Positions 24,000 through 37,339 of a stretch of DNA of 64,000 nucleotides are shown here, piece after piece; the stretch's first letter is position 1, and each line of letters begins with the position of its first letter. The position numbers were made by a program, and so were the translations under genes. This DNA is from Eledone cirrhosa (taxonomy: Eukaryota), in contig OZ024741.1 of assembly GCA_964016885.1 (NCBI GenBank), forward strand, positions 311,240,001-311,304,000, in the 5' to 3' direction. The notes under the pieces were generated by a model, which saw only the letters and a list, made by a program, of their open reading frames with translations, ran no database searches and had not been told where the DNA came from.

Positions 24000-26220
24000 A
24001 GCAAGGGCAGAGGGAGAAAAACAATAGCTCATGTTCTTCGTCGCGAAGATCAGTTGAAGGAAGTATATCGGATTGCAAGAGAGTGTGCTAGAGAAAATCT
24101 TGAAATGGTCGAAATGGTAGTGGAACACTGACCCTGTCTTATGCCGAAAAGTAGGAGACATAGAGTACTTATTATGAGAGGAATATAGTATTTACTATGA
24201 GAGACTACTGAAAGAAGAGAATAAATGGGGCAGTAAGGGCTTAACGCATGTAGATCTGACTAAGGGATCAGCTAAGAAGTTGACAGTAGTGAGATAGAGA
24301 AATCAATTAAGGACATGAAGGTACAGAAGGCCACTCGACCATCTGGTATATTTGTTGAGAGGCTCAAAGCATCCGGCATTGTAGGATATGTGCTAGTCGG
24401 TCATATAGTAATCAAGTAGTACAAGAAAGGTGTCATACCCAATGACTGCAGCAGCAAAATTATTGTCAACTTCTACAAGGCCTAGGAAGATGGACTAGAG
24501 AAAATAAGTACGGAAGTATTAAGTTGATGGACCATGTCATGAAATCTATTGAAAATGCTATAGCATGATTAATTTGGGACATTATCAAAGTAGATATGAT
24601 GCAGTTTGGATTTATGCTAGGCAGGACTACCACTGAATAAATGGTGCTAATTGGAAACCATTCAATATGGGTGTCGGATTCTGCAAAGGATGCGTCTTTC
24701 AGGTATCGTGTTCATTATTTACATGAAAATGATTGACATCTGCAGTCGGACTGGAAGTTGTATCACGACTGGCAAGTGTAAAATCAGTCGGCTAGAATTT
24801 TCTGACGACACGGTATTCCTTAACTCGGCAGAACGTAACCACCAAATTGTACTCTGAGGTTTGATGTGGAGTGCTGCATGGCTGGAGTGAAAATCAATGC
24901 TGCGAAAACTGAGACACTCGTCGTCTCAAGGAATCTTGCGTCGTGCAATCTATATATGAATGGAGTTCCACTGAAACAGGTGGAGAAATTCAAGTATCTC
25001 GGAACGATGTTCACAGGTGATGGAACGCATGAAGCTGAATTAAGTGCAAGAATTGGAGGAGCTGGTGCTGTAATGCGACAACTGCTTGAGAGGTACTTAG
25101 CAAAGTGTAAGTCACACTATCTAGGTTTTGTAGATAGGGAGAATACCTTTGTCAGGGTCCCATTCTCAGTAGTATGGTGGACATTTAGGAATCTAGATGT
25201 AGATGAATGTCTTGTGAGAGCAGTGTGGACCATGTATAAAAACGCTGAAAGCCAGTAGAGTGATGAAGTGCAGTTCGATGCCCACCAGGGCCCCGTCCTT
25301 AGTCCACTCCTATTTGTCACTGCTATTCACCGTTCTTCCCTTAGTATTTTAAAACTGGTAATCCGTGGGCGTTACTATATGCTGATGACCTAATAATTAA
25401 ATTGAATCCGTAGGACAAAACTTGAAACATGCAAGAACCTAGAGTTGAAATACCTAAAACTAATCGCATCAAAGGCAAAAGGGCTAAGTAAAAAAGAGGA
25501 CAAGAAGATGATACAATCAGGGAGATGGCTGTGTTCGATATGCCAGAAAAGGGTGGGCAGGAGTTATATAAGGTGCACAGAGTGCAATCGATTGATTCAC
25601 AAGAGATGTGGCTGATGCACAGAAGAAGGGACCCCTAAGAACTTACGTGAACAAGATTCATTTAATTTCCAAGAATGCTCCTTAGAAATTATCAACAGCT
25701 TTTGTTACTTAGGCGATCGAAATCACAAGTGTGGTGCATAAACTGAAAGTGTGACAGCCAGGATCAGAACAGGCTGGAAGAAGTTTAGACAGCTGATACC
25801 TCTGCGAACAACAAACATTTTCTCCCTCGGAGTGAAGAGTAGACAGTAGGATGCCTGTAAAAAAGGGCAATGCTAAATGGCTGGGGAACGTGTGCCTTAA
25901 CTACAGAAGACCTCCGAAGGCTGGAGAGAAATGACGACAGTATGCTCCGATGAATGTGTTATGCTAGTGTGCATGGACGACGTAGTAGAAATAAACTGAG
26001 AAGAAAACATTATATAAGAGGATTTGGATGAAATGTGTAGATGAGAGATTACTCTGGTATGGATATGTGATACGTATGGAAGATAGTAGCTGAACAAAGA
26101 AATGCAGAACAATCGCAGTGCCTGGAACAAGAGGAAAAGGCAGACCAAAAAAACTTGTGATGACAAAATATCGAATGTGCTGAGGCTATGCTGTGTTAAT
26201 GAAGACCCGACGAGGATCAT
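24000..26220 (+). mobile_element. Decayed RTE LINE (PHD-finger family) with a nested RTE-BovB-like fragment at ~24640-25083
   Basis: MQFGFMLGRTTT, FVDRENTFVRVP, HQGPVLSPLLF, LLYADDL, WLCSICQKRVG; nested LEFSDD, KINAAKT, VEKFKYLG. Confidence 0.85.
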
Positions 26221-26799
26221 AAGATATGACCAGACCCATCCATGAACTATCCCTCCTTCCTACTATTACTCCCCCATCTGTACGCCCAATGCGGTATCCA
26301 CTTCACATACACCCTCGAGAAGCACTCACACACTAGACACCTTAGATATCCTCACCATTGGCCAATAGTAGCTGCTTTATCTTCCCATTGTTCAAGCCAC
26401 TCCTACTAGCAAATCTTACCCCTCACTATCCCTTACCCATCTCTCTAACACGACCCCTAACGTTATCGACCACATCATTCACTAATTTCCCCATCGCCGT
26501 ACACTAATCAGCTATCCCTAACTCTTACTCATCCCTAACCTAACTTCCTATCTCTCCATCACACCCCATATCACCACCACGATGACCACATCCCTCAGAC
26601 CCCTACACACCTTACACTAATCAGCAACTCCTACCCCTTACTGATTTGCCTACCAAACAAATCCCCATACATACCTATAACTTCATACTTATCTCCCTCC
26701 CTTATTGTCCCTCCTCCAGACTTGATTTATGGTCAACCCATCCAGAGTGGTTGGTGAGTGGTATTTCACCCGCTGTAGATCCCATACATAAAAGAATTG

Positions 26800-27831
26800 A
26801 GATAAACATTTAGTTGTTTCAAAAACACAGTTTCTTAGATTTATTCTCTCAGTCGCTCTTCCCTCTCTCTATAATAGATCATTCCCCCTCTCTATAATTT
26901 AACTGCTTTACTCACTCTCTGTCGCTCTCCACTCTCTATAGGATAACACTGTTTTACACCCCCCCCCCCTATAGTTTCTTAGCTTTACTCTTCTCTCTCC
27001 CTATAATTTACCTGCTGGGGGAGTCATTGGAGTTCCGCATTGACATACGGCTTTTCTGGGGCATTTTAATTCGGCTTATTGCAAATAACAACCCAAAAAA
27101 TAACACTTCATATAACATATTAATGCTATAGACATATGAATCAGAATGTTTAAATTATTTATTTTTTACGACTTTAATTGGTTAAATATTAATATGACAA
27201 AACCCATAGTGTGGTACATCTGGCAATTCTGCCGAATACACTGCCAAGGATAAACCTTTTTCCCTCGGTGTCAGATATCCCGTTCGATTCCCGGCGATCC
27301 CAATTCCCGGTGTGACCATGTTTTGCTACGTCCATTAACAAGTCACAAGGGCAAACATTGTCGGTGACGGGCATCCATTTGGGGGAGCCATACTTCTCCC
27401 ATGGCCAACTTTATGTTGCCTGTTCCCGCATAGGGAGCAGGAATGGACTTTTTGCTTACACTCCTCAAGGGATAACACGCAATATCGCCTACAAAGAGGT
27501 GCTATAGATGTTGGTGCAGGTGTTGGAGGTGTTGGAGCTATGCCGTCTGGAAAACTATTTCCTGGTAGGCTCACCCATGGCAGACTGATATGACACCCAG
27601 CGGAATCAGGGCCACCATCTTGCAACTTTTGGTTTGCTAAATTCGCTATAGGAAGATTATTAACCTATCATTGATTGTCCAAAATTATAATTGGTTCGTA
27701 ACTTTTAATAACCGGTTCAACTGCTTTATGCACTTAATTGATAAGCTTATTCGCTTTCAAGCCACGTTTACCTGTATGTAACTTTTCATAGAAAATGAAC
27801 AAACCCGATCAACGCCGGGCTAAACTGCTAG
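26800..27831 (+). mobile_element. Non-autonomous Helitron-like element, 5'-truncated
   Basis: 3' GC hairpin cccgatcaacgccggg then CTAG; highly similar to 40400-41463. Confidence 0.78.
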
Positions 27832-27889
27832 CTTGTTACTATATATATATATAAATATATATAAGAGAGTATTAAAGTTTGTTGAAGCA

Positions 27890-28260
27890 TTGTGAATCTC
27901 CGGTGGTGAAGAGAGAGATGTAGGGGAGTATAGAATGAGATGTATAGTGTGTAGAGGAACGTAGGAAAGAGCGTATAAAATAAAAATAATAACACGAGAT
28001 AGAGTTACCTTGGGAGAGATTTAATTGTCCCTATATTTCGCATTCGCATCCATCAACTGGGGAGTTTTCCGAGGGGGGGGGGGGGTGTCTATCGGAGAGG
28101 AACGGTACGTGGCCTCTGTGGTACGCTGTAACTTTATCTCGTGTTATTTTTATTTTTTACGCTCTTTCCTTCGTTCCTCTACACACTATACATCTCATGC
28201 TACACTCCCTTTCATCTCACTCTTCGCCAGCGGATTCTGTTACCCGGAGATTTACCCATC
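27890..28260. repeat. Diverged ~120-bp inverted repeat, probably a Penelope pLTR remnant
   Basis: 27890-28008 is roughly the reverse complement of 28128-28255. Confidence 0.7.
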
Positions 28261-28289
28261 AGCATTGTTGAGGCTTACAAAGTGACCGA

Positions 28290-28340
<51 letters not shown>

Positions 28341-28916
28341 TTTATTTTGAAAACAAGTCGGTCGAGAGCTTAATTCGTTTTCAGCGGTTTTTGCAATCTT
28401 TTGCAATAACTACACATGCTGAGTTCACTGGCCAAAATAGGGGTTTTCTCCCCCTAGAACCTCACCTCACATGTGCTTTCATAACCTGCGAGATTCTGGT
28501 GCACGAAGAACAAAAACCTGTTGAGAAAGCGATGCCTTGTTCGATCATTATACCAAAACATATTTTTTATAAGCAGACAGTATTATTGATTTAGGTCTTG
28601 CATAAACCCAATTTCGGAGTAATCCATCTTCCCCGAGGGTCCGGGTAACTATTTCAATCATATCCCATTTTGTTGACCCGTTTAGCTTGTTCGCTTTTTT
28701 GGCTAAGGTGGTTAATGGCTTCATAACCATCGACTCGGCGTGTATGACCAATTTTACTTATCTTTATAGCGCTGGTATCTTCTTCATATCCATGGAGCAC
28801 TTGGTTGCATAATGAGGAAGTTGCTTTTCGCTAATTTCTATCCGCCGAACTGCGATTCTCAATAAATTTATATTTGTATATATATATATATATATATATA
28901 TAATAAACAATACAAT

Positions 28917-28992
28917 ATTAACTCATTACCAGAGGTTTCCCGAATAAGACGAATACAAGAAACGTCCTCATACGTTCGTCAAACAAGGCAAT
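28917..28992 (-). ncRNA. Degenerate type I hammerhead (inverted pLTR copy)
   Basis: Minus strand: aattgccttgt TTGACGA ... GAAAC ctctg GTA atgagttaat. Confidence 0.6.
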
Positions 28993-29619
28993 TTAAAACA
29001 TAGAGGAATATTTGAAAAATCTCCTCAAGAAAGGCAAAAGTTTACCGGGCAAAAAAAAATATATATAGATAAAAGTAATTCCAGAGATATATAAAAATAA
29101 AATAAGGAAATATAGTAAGGGTATGTGTATAAATGTGTGTATATGCACCTACAAATGTACATATGTGTGTATGTACAAATGCATGTGTATGGTGAAAAAA
29201 TGTGTGCGTAAGTACACACATGAGGGCAAGCATATCAGTGTATGTGTGACCACAAATACGTATATAATATATGTTGAAAAAAGAAATTGTAAGATAATAG
29301 AGTTAGCGTACATACAGAATCAGGGAGTAAGGATTGAAATATATACACATACAAGTATGAAAGCACGCGTATAAACACACACACACGCGCAACCACACAC
29401 ATGTATGTGATATATACAGGGAAGGGAGTGTAACAGTCAAAGCAGTGTCAGGCTGAAGGTCGATACAGATATAAAAATATAAAACATGAAAATGAAAAAA
29501 TATACGAGAATAACAAAATTAAATCAAAGAGAAAGTAAGAGGGAGGGGTTATCAATTATAAAGTAAAACTAGAAAAAATAAATAAAAAGTAGAAAACATA
29601 CAGAGGTTCGTACGCACAC

Positions 29620-29713
<94 letters not shown>

Positions 29714-29824
29714 GTACAGACAAAAGCACATACATGCGTACAAACATACAAAACGCGCATACATGCACACGAAGCACATATATATAGATACATGTACATC
29801 TAATCACACGCACGCGACCATATA

Positions 29825-29930
<106 letters not shown>

Positions 29931-30676
29931 CACACACATATGAATATGGGATTTGAAAGACCAAGGTGTCCAATATAAATTAGATTGGTCAATTTTGAAC
30001 CAAGCTAAAGAATATGAAAGAGGAACAAAAAGATAAACACTCTGCATAAGTGAACAATATTGGATTTTACAGAACCTTAAATCACCAAAAGCCTGCCTAA
30101 ATGCAAAAACAGATATTTTCACCAGTTACCCACACATGAAATCACACTTGCTTTCCAGCTCATATAAACTTAACTCACTTTCAGATACTTATCCTCCATA
30201 AACTCTTGTTCTTCATTTTCCTTAACTTACCTTCTTTACAGAATTCTCTTTCTGATTTACTTTTATTTTTATTTTTAACTTTATTTTTACTTCACATCCA
30301 TTAGTGACACCCCCCCCCCCCCCACACACACACATACACACCCTGTTTTTGATTCACTTAGTTTATATCTTCACAATTTTACATATTTTACTGCCCCCTT
30401 TTCCTTCTCTACCTGATATCATATGTCACTTGTGTTTTCAACTCCAGATATATTCTGTTGTCCCTCAGCTGCTTTTATGTATGTTTACTTGCGTATAAAT
30501 TGTACTCATTTATTCATACGGCTGGTTAATATATTGTATGTATGCGTGTAAGTGTGCATATGTGTGTGTACGTGTTTGCATATGTATACGAATGCATTCG
30601 TATGTGCGCGTGTATGTGTGTGTGTGTATGTGTGTTTTTATATCTATGTTTTTTACATACTTATATATGTGTGTGA

Positions 30677-30750
<74 letters not shown>

Positions 30751-31219
30751 TCGCGTGCGTGCGTGTGATTAGATGTACATGTGTGTATATATATGTGCTT
30801 CGTGTGTATGTATGCGCGCTTTTGTATGTATGTACGCATGTATGTGGTTTTGTCTGTACCTATATATATATATTTTTTTTTATATATATATATGTGCGTA
30901 CGAATCTCTGTATGTTTTCTAATTTTTATTTATTTTTTCTAGTGTTACATTATAATTGCTAATTCCCTCTTACTTTCTCTTTGATTTAATTTTTTTTATT
31001 CTCTACCATTTTTTCATTTTCATATTTTATATTTTTATATCTGTATCGACCTTCCTGTATATATCACATACATGTGTGTGGTTGCCCGTGTGTGTGTGTT
31101 TATACGCGTGCTTTCTTACTTGTATGTGTATATATTTCAATCCTTAGTCTCTGAGTCTGTATGCCCGGTAAACTTTTGCCTTTCTTGGGGAGATTTTTCA
31201 AGTATTTCACTATATTTTA

Positions 31220-31297
31220 AATTGCCTTGTCTGACGAACGAATGAGGGCGTTTCTTATATTCGTCTTATTCGAGAAACATCTGGTAATGAGGTAATT
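31220..31297 (+). ncRNA. Type I hammerhead ribozyme
   Basis: 11-bp stem I aattgccttgt/atgaggtaatt, CTGACGA, stem II cgaatgag/cttattcg, GAAAC atctg GTA. Confidence 0.85.
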
Positions 31298-31395
31298 ATA
31301 TTGTATTGTTTATTATACATTAAATTTAGCTCTGTAACTTACATAGAGCACTCTTCACTCCTATGACTTTTTCAATTTTCAACGGAAACTCAATA

Positions 31396-31464
<69 letters not shown>

Positions 31465-32029
31465 CGAGAGAGAGAGAGAGAGTGAGAGAGAGAGGGAAAC
31501 AGATAGACACACATACATTCATACCGACCACTACGGGTATTAACTCCACGTCAACTATTATTGTGGACCGCTACTTTATGTTGGAGGTTCAGGTGACGAC
31601 ATGACAGTATTAATGAAAATGAGTATAATATTTGAGGACAGACAAGTAATTAAATTATTCAATAAGTGTTATTATCTTACCAGCTGTTAAACTTGACTGC
31701 AATGTTAATAATATAATAAATCCAACAATAGAAGGGCGGGACATTGCAAGCCGAGTTAAATTATGATTCGAAAGTGAGTAAATCTCCGAAAATGAGTAAA
31801 TCTCCGAAAATGTTGTCTGAGTGGCGTTCCTCAAGACGATGCTAACGGAATTATCGTTAGCGTTCAGTGCACGAGACGACGCGTGCACCCTTTGTGATAA
31901 ACTTCAGTAGATTACTCGTGTTCTATTTCACTATATAACTTGCTTGCGTTCTTTTTTACTTTACTATTATGTAAGACTAACCTTTTAATCGTAAAAGATT
32001 AAATAAAAGAAAAAGAGAGTTTATATGTC

Positions 32030-35000
32030 TCAATCCGTATGGTGAGCAAATGGGGCCCCACCAGCTAGCCTCCCCACAGCCCCGGCGGACAGAATGGAGT
32101 AGGCGTTTACCTGGAGGAGGGTAAGGGAGATGCGCTTGAAGAGCCATTCGAACTCGCGAGGTACACACCTGCGGTTGGCCAGTGCAGCGCCTATGGTGGT
32201 GAATAGAATGGTAAGCCTAGGGCCAAGGTCACCAGAAGTGTCCTATGTAGGAGAGCGACCGGTACTTGTAGAGTTTGGCCTCCTCAGAACAACATACAGC
32301 AGTACCTGGGTTAGTCGCAGACTGCACCAGGCTGCGGTTGGAGAAAGTGTGGCTGCAAGTGGCATCCCAGACAAGGTGTTTTACCACCGTGGAACAGGTA
32401 GATGGTCATACCGTCTGGCCTTTTACTGTCCACTTGGTCCAACTCCACCGGCTCAAGCTGGGAGTGAAGCCTGCAGCGTCCAAGCCATGTTTTATGAACT
32501 CGTTGAGGGCAGCATGGCGTGGAAGTTGGCCGGCACTGTGGCGACAGGAAAGCGCGTGGGGGCCAAAAGTGTCCACGGTGGATCCACAGCAGCATTTATG
32601 TGGCTTGCAGATCCGGAATCCAACCCTCAAAGAAATATCGATACGCAGGTTATCGTTATCTAGTTGCGTACCAGTGGAGAAAGGAGGGCAAGGCATGGAG
32701 CCAGACAACACTGTGGGTTTTGGAGATCGAGCGAAAATAGGCGAAGCGGTACTGGTAGAGTTGGCGCGTGAGCCGATCTGAGGCTAGGCTGCACAGGATG
32801 GCATCCCAAATGCCTCTTTTAGACTTGACATAATCAGGAGAAGAAAGAGGAGGGGCGTCTACTGGGTTAAGTTCCAGCCAGTCCCACGTCTCACAGGCGA
32901 ACTCACGTTCTTTGATCACAGAGGGTTCCAAAATGTTTTGTAGAACACTGCTCACGATGTCGCAGCATGAGTTTACTGTGGAAAGAAACGCCGGCAAAGA
33001 CAGCGAGATCAGATACCGGAGGCCAAGGCCGCCATATCTGACAGGTAAAGTGGCCTGTTGCCATCGAATTTCGTCAAACCTGACGTTGCATATCTCCTCG
33101 GCCGCCGCTCAGATACAAGTATCGAGGTCAGCGCGGAGAGATGCGTGGCTGTAGCACGGAGCGCTGCAAAGCGTGTAGAGGAACATCGGCATGGCGAAGC
33201 AGTTCCTCATCAGGAAGAGAGCTGGGTGGCCGTTGATCAAGCCAAGTCGGCTCGTGAGGGCCTGGAGTTGTTGGAGCCTGGACCTGATAGTGGAGCGGAT
33301 GGACGGCGGGTGGATCGGCGACCTGAGGATGAGGACATCCTCTTTGGGGGTCTCCTGGACCTGGTGGAGAATGGATGCTAGAGAGCGATTCTGCAAGCTC
33401 TCAGCATCATGGTTCACATTCACAACCGCCGACTTGTATGTGTTGATCTGGAGGCCGACTCTCCCAGGGCAGAAACCACCGATTGAAAGTCATGGCATCA
33501 GTCTCCACGTCCCGCCCAGCGTAGCATCATCCAGGTACCAAACGTTGAGAAGGGCCGTGATACTACGGGCAATGTGGTCTATACCAAGGGCAAAAGAAGA
33601 GGGCCCAAAGCGTCACCCTGTTGGCCCCCAGTGGCCGAAATTTTGACCGTATCAGAAGCAAGGAGCATGCTCGGGGATCCATGTGACATGTAGGCCAGCG
33701 GGTAGCCGCAGAGGGCACGGCTTAGACAGGCAGTGAGCAGAAGGCCCCAGCCTATGCAGATAAAGGCTTTTTTCATGTCAAGCTTGACAATGAGGTGCCT
33801 AGAATCCCTGGATACCAGTTCCAGTGGGCAGCTGTTTAAGAACTGCCTCGTTGCATGTGGGCCCCCTCAGAACCACCGGACACGGCGACACCCAGTTGTA
33901 ACTAACTGAACTCCTCATCCAGTTTACGTGTTATGGTCCTGCAGACCACTTTAGCAGCCAGCCTCCGGAAGACGTTGCCCACAGCGAAGGGGCTTATGCC
34001 TCTCCTTTTCTTCCTGAGAGCTGTCAGGCTAGCCAAAGAATGAAGCCTCAGGCGTGTGGTCCAGGGCGCCTAATGGTAAGTGCGACAATTACACTCAGAA
34101 GGCGGCGCCCAGCCTCAGCGGAGAGAGGGGATAGAAACTTCTTCAGGTGGCCAGGTCGGAGACCATAATCACCTCCACTGCTGCTAGCTAGGACGGACTT
34201 GATGGCAGATAGGATGTCTGCGGCGGAAGCGACAAGGAGCAGGTGGGGATCGGGTGAGGGTAAGGGACGGAGGTCAGCGGGTGGCTCAGAGTGCTTGAGT
34301 CGCAGGGCAGCCAGGACCTCCTCGGTGGATTGTAGGAAAGTGTCCTCTGAGGCAACGACTCTGACTGCGGCCAAGATATCACCGATGATAGTTTAGAGTT
34401 GACGCCGTTACGCCAAAGCTTGGCGCTGGCCTCAGGGTGGCGGATTGGAGGCACCCGAGAGCAGGAGGTGTGGTGTCCTTCGGCACGCTTGCCCAAAGGA
34501 CGAAGTCGTTGCCGGCAGGCCGCCTCGGTCTGCGCCAGACCTGTGGAGGCCGAGGGTGAGTGGGACGAAATAGAAGAGGCCCTCCCAGTCACTGGCTTCA
34601 TTGGAGTCCAGGGCACTCTCAATCGAGGAAGTGAGGGTATCGTCTACCAGCACCCGGGCCACTCTCAGAACCCTGAGCGGAATCTTCCGAAGCCGCCTGA
34701 GCCGAGCGATTTTGACCAGCGTGGCTTGGGCATCAGGCAAGTTCGCTGTCTTATCTGGTGTTGTGCCAACGGCCATGGCTGTGCAGACGAGTGAAAGATA
34801 CGGTTTCCGCATCTCCACGCTGCGAGAGCACTGGAAGCTCGACGCGTCAAGTCAACACAGGTGAGGTGGTGGAAGCAGCCGCACCACGAACAGTTCTGGC
34901 CCCTTTTCCGTCTGATCGTTGTGCTGCAATTGAAGCAGGTATCGACTGGTGGGTTTGGAGGATGAGACGTGGGGCCGGGGACTGAGGCACCAAGCGGCAT

Positions 35001-35180
35001 CAGGGTGAGTGGCTGGTTGTCACCAGCCTAGGTGCTAGGGACAACTGTGTGTGAGTAGAAGGGAAAGTGTTGGTATGAGTGAGGCCTCTTAGCTCACCTA
35101 CATCAGATATGGAGGGGACAGAAGAGAACATAGAAGAGAAAGGGGTGCATGGAAGGGGACACACAAGAAAGTAGAAATTT
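32030..35180 (-). mobile_element. CRE-clade non-LTR retrotransposon (PHD finger, RT, CCHC, restriction-like endonuclease), frameshifted
   Basis: CFNC..CSWC..HLTC..WRC; GQQGDALGPLL; WYLDDATLGG; CCCGSTVDTFGPHALSC..RHAALN; KRPDGMT. Confidence 0.88.
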
Positions 35181-35819
35181 AGCAAATAAAGAAATGAATG
35201 AATGGATGAATGTACAAAAAGAAAACAAGGAGTTGTTCCCTGCGGAAATACCCAAAGGTTGTTATAATCACTGATGCTGGAGTTGGCTTCCTCTTGTTAA
35301 TGGTAGTGGTATTGATTGCTGGTATGATGTTGGTGTATACACATATATGTTGTTGTTGTTATTGTCACTGCTGCTGTCGTATTTTTCCTCTTGTTAATGG
35401 TAGTGGTAGTTGATACTGATCCCTATTTCGGCTGCCAGGCTGGCTGCTGAGTTTCGAAAGGCTTCTTTCGCCGAAGATGCGGTTGATTGTTATTGTCACT
35501 GTTGCTGTCGTTACCTTTCTCTTGTTAATCGTAGTGATAATTGCTTGTGCTACCTATTTCGGCTGTCAAGCTGGCTGCTGAATCAGCTTCTAGATTTAGT
35601 ATTATAAATTTATCTATTTATTTATTTATTTATTTATGATACAGAATGGGAAGAGAGATAATCCTTGAATTTTTACTTCTGTCGTGGCAGATGAAACCGA
35701 GAGGAAGAAAGTGTAGAGATGTATTTTCCTGACATGTCCCGAAAAGATCCTAATCGACTTATGTCTGGTAAAGGCGCACACATAGTAGACGGTGCTGTTC
35801 CACTAAACATAATTACAAT

Positions 35820-37120
35820 ATTTTGTTGTTGTTTCTTCGCTCAACTTCTAACACTGGAGATGTATTATCATGTTAGCTGTCCACTACTAGTGAACTGATG
35901 TAACACCCATTATTGTTCGAGTACCCTCCGGGCTATTCGAGGTGTTCCAAGCAATGTTGTGTTTTCTAAGCGTTCCATCAGTATTGCATTCCCTATTTCT
36001 TTAATGTAGTTCTCAATATCTTTACTCCATGTGCCCAAACCTCCAACTATTATTGGTATTACCATCACTTTTTTCAGTGATCTCTACTGCCTATCCTCCT
36101 ATGCATACCTGTCATATCTATGAATGTTTTCCCTTCTTTACTGCATACCTTTTAATCAGCTGGACAAGCTATATATATGATCCAACACTGTTTGCTTTCT
36201 TTCTCAATTAATACAATATCTGGTCTTCTGTGATCAATCTCATGGTCACATTGTATCAACAAAGTCACACAGAAACTATGCATTATTGATTTCAATAACG
36301 CCCTCATGGTTATGTTCCTACCGAATTTTTACTCTGTCAAGTGCATATTTACCTCAACGTGCTCATCTACCTTCCATGCTATGTTGACTTGACGTCTTTT
36401 ATATTCTTTCTGAGCTAGTGGTGCACATTGACAGGTGATATTTTAGACAGTTTCTCTATTCATGCCACAACTTCTACACTTAAAACTTTTCTGTTGTGTG
36501 GTCTACTCTATGCTTGATGTAGTTAGTGCTTAGCGTTTGTTATTAAACAGCACAGATTAAGGATGTTGTTTCCGGTTTTAGATCACTTTTATACATTCAT
36601 AACTACCCTCTTTCCTCTGGCTGTCCTATTTTCAATATTTCTATGAACATTTCCACATATTCGTTTTTTTGTCCATTTACTTTCAATGTCATCCACCCTC
36701 AAATGCTTGTACTGTGTTTTTTTCTTTGCAAACTTCTATTTTGCCCAGCTTTTCTGTGGAATTTTTTACATACCACGCCATGATAATTTCTTCTGATTTA
36801 ATGCTGTCTTGGCACCCCGTCAGTCCTCATTCTCTTCTTTCTCTTGGTACATATAATCTGTCTGTGTCACTCTTTGGGTGAAGTCCCATATCTAGTCAAT
36901 ATCCTTCTTGTCTACCGTTCTATATAGTCCACATGATCGGCCCTGCCCCATATCTAAGGAGTGATATCGCCCATGAATTGATAAATTCCTTCTTATTCCT
37001 TCTATTCAGTTTTGACTTTAGAATAAGTGTCAGTCTGTGCACCTATTACACCCTAAATTATTCTTTAATGTCCTCCTGCATTATTTTATCAACTTCCAAT
37101 ATCCATACGTACTAATAACC
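35820..37120 (-). mobile_element. Decayed 3' part of an R4-like RLE retrotransposon
   Basis: Minus-strand relics LRYGAG, LHPKSDTDRLYVPR, KTTLLGT; (CAA)n tail. Confidence 0.72.
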
Positions 37121-37339
37121 TTCATTTTGTCTTTGCTTTATAACCTTTCAAGATGCGTACATTGATCCACCGCATTTCCGTTAGAGAAATATTTATGCAG
37201 AAATGAGGCCCTCCTTTGTCAGCGACTCCCGTATCACTTGGTCAGCATTTAGCTATATGATAAGTTATTCAGTTATTCGTTCATGGCTTTGACAAAATCT
37301 TTTGACCAAGTATCTTCGAACTCCATCTAGACCAGGACA

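Noticed and set aside
32130-34985. Several long plus-strand ORFs
   Set aside because: Antisense shadows of the GC-rich CRE element on the minus strand.
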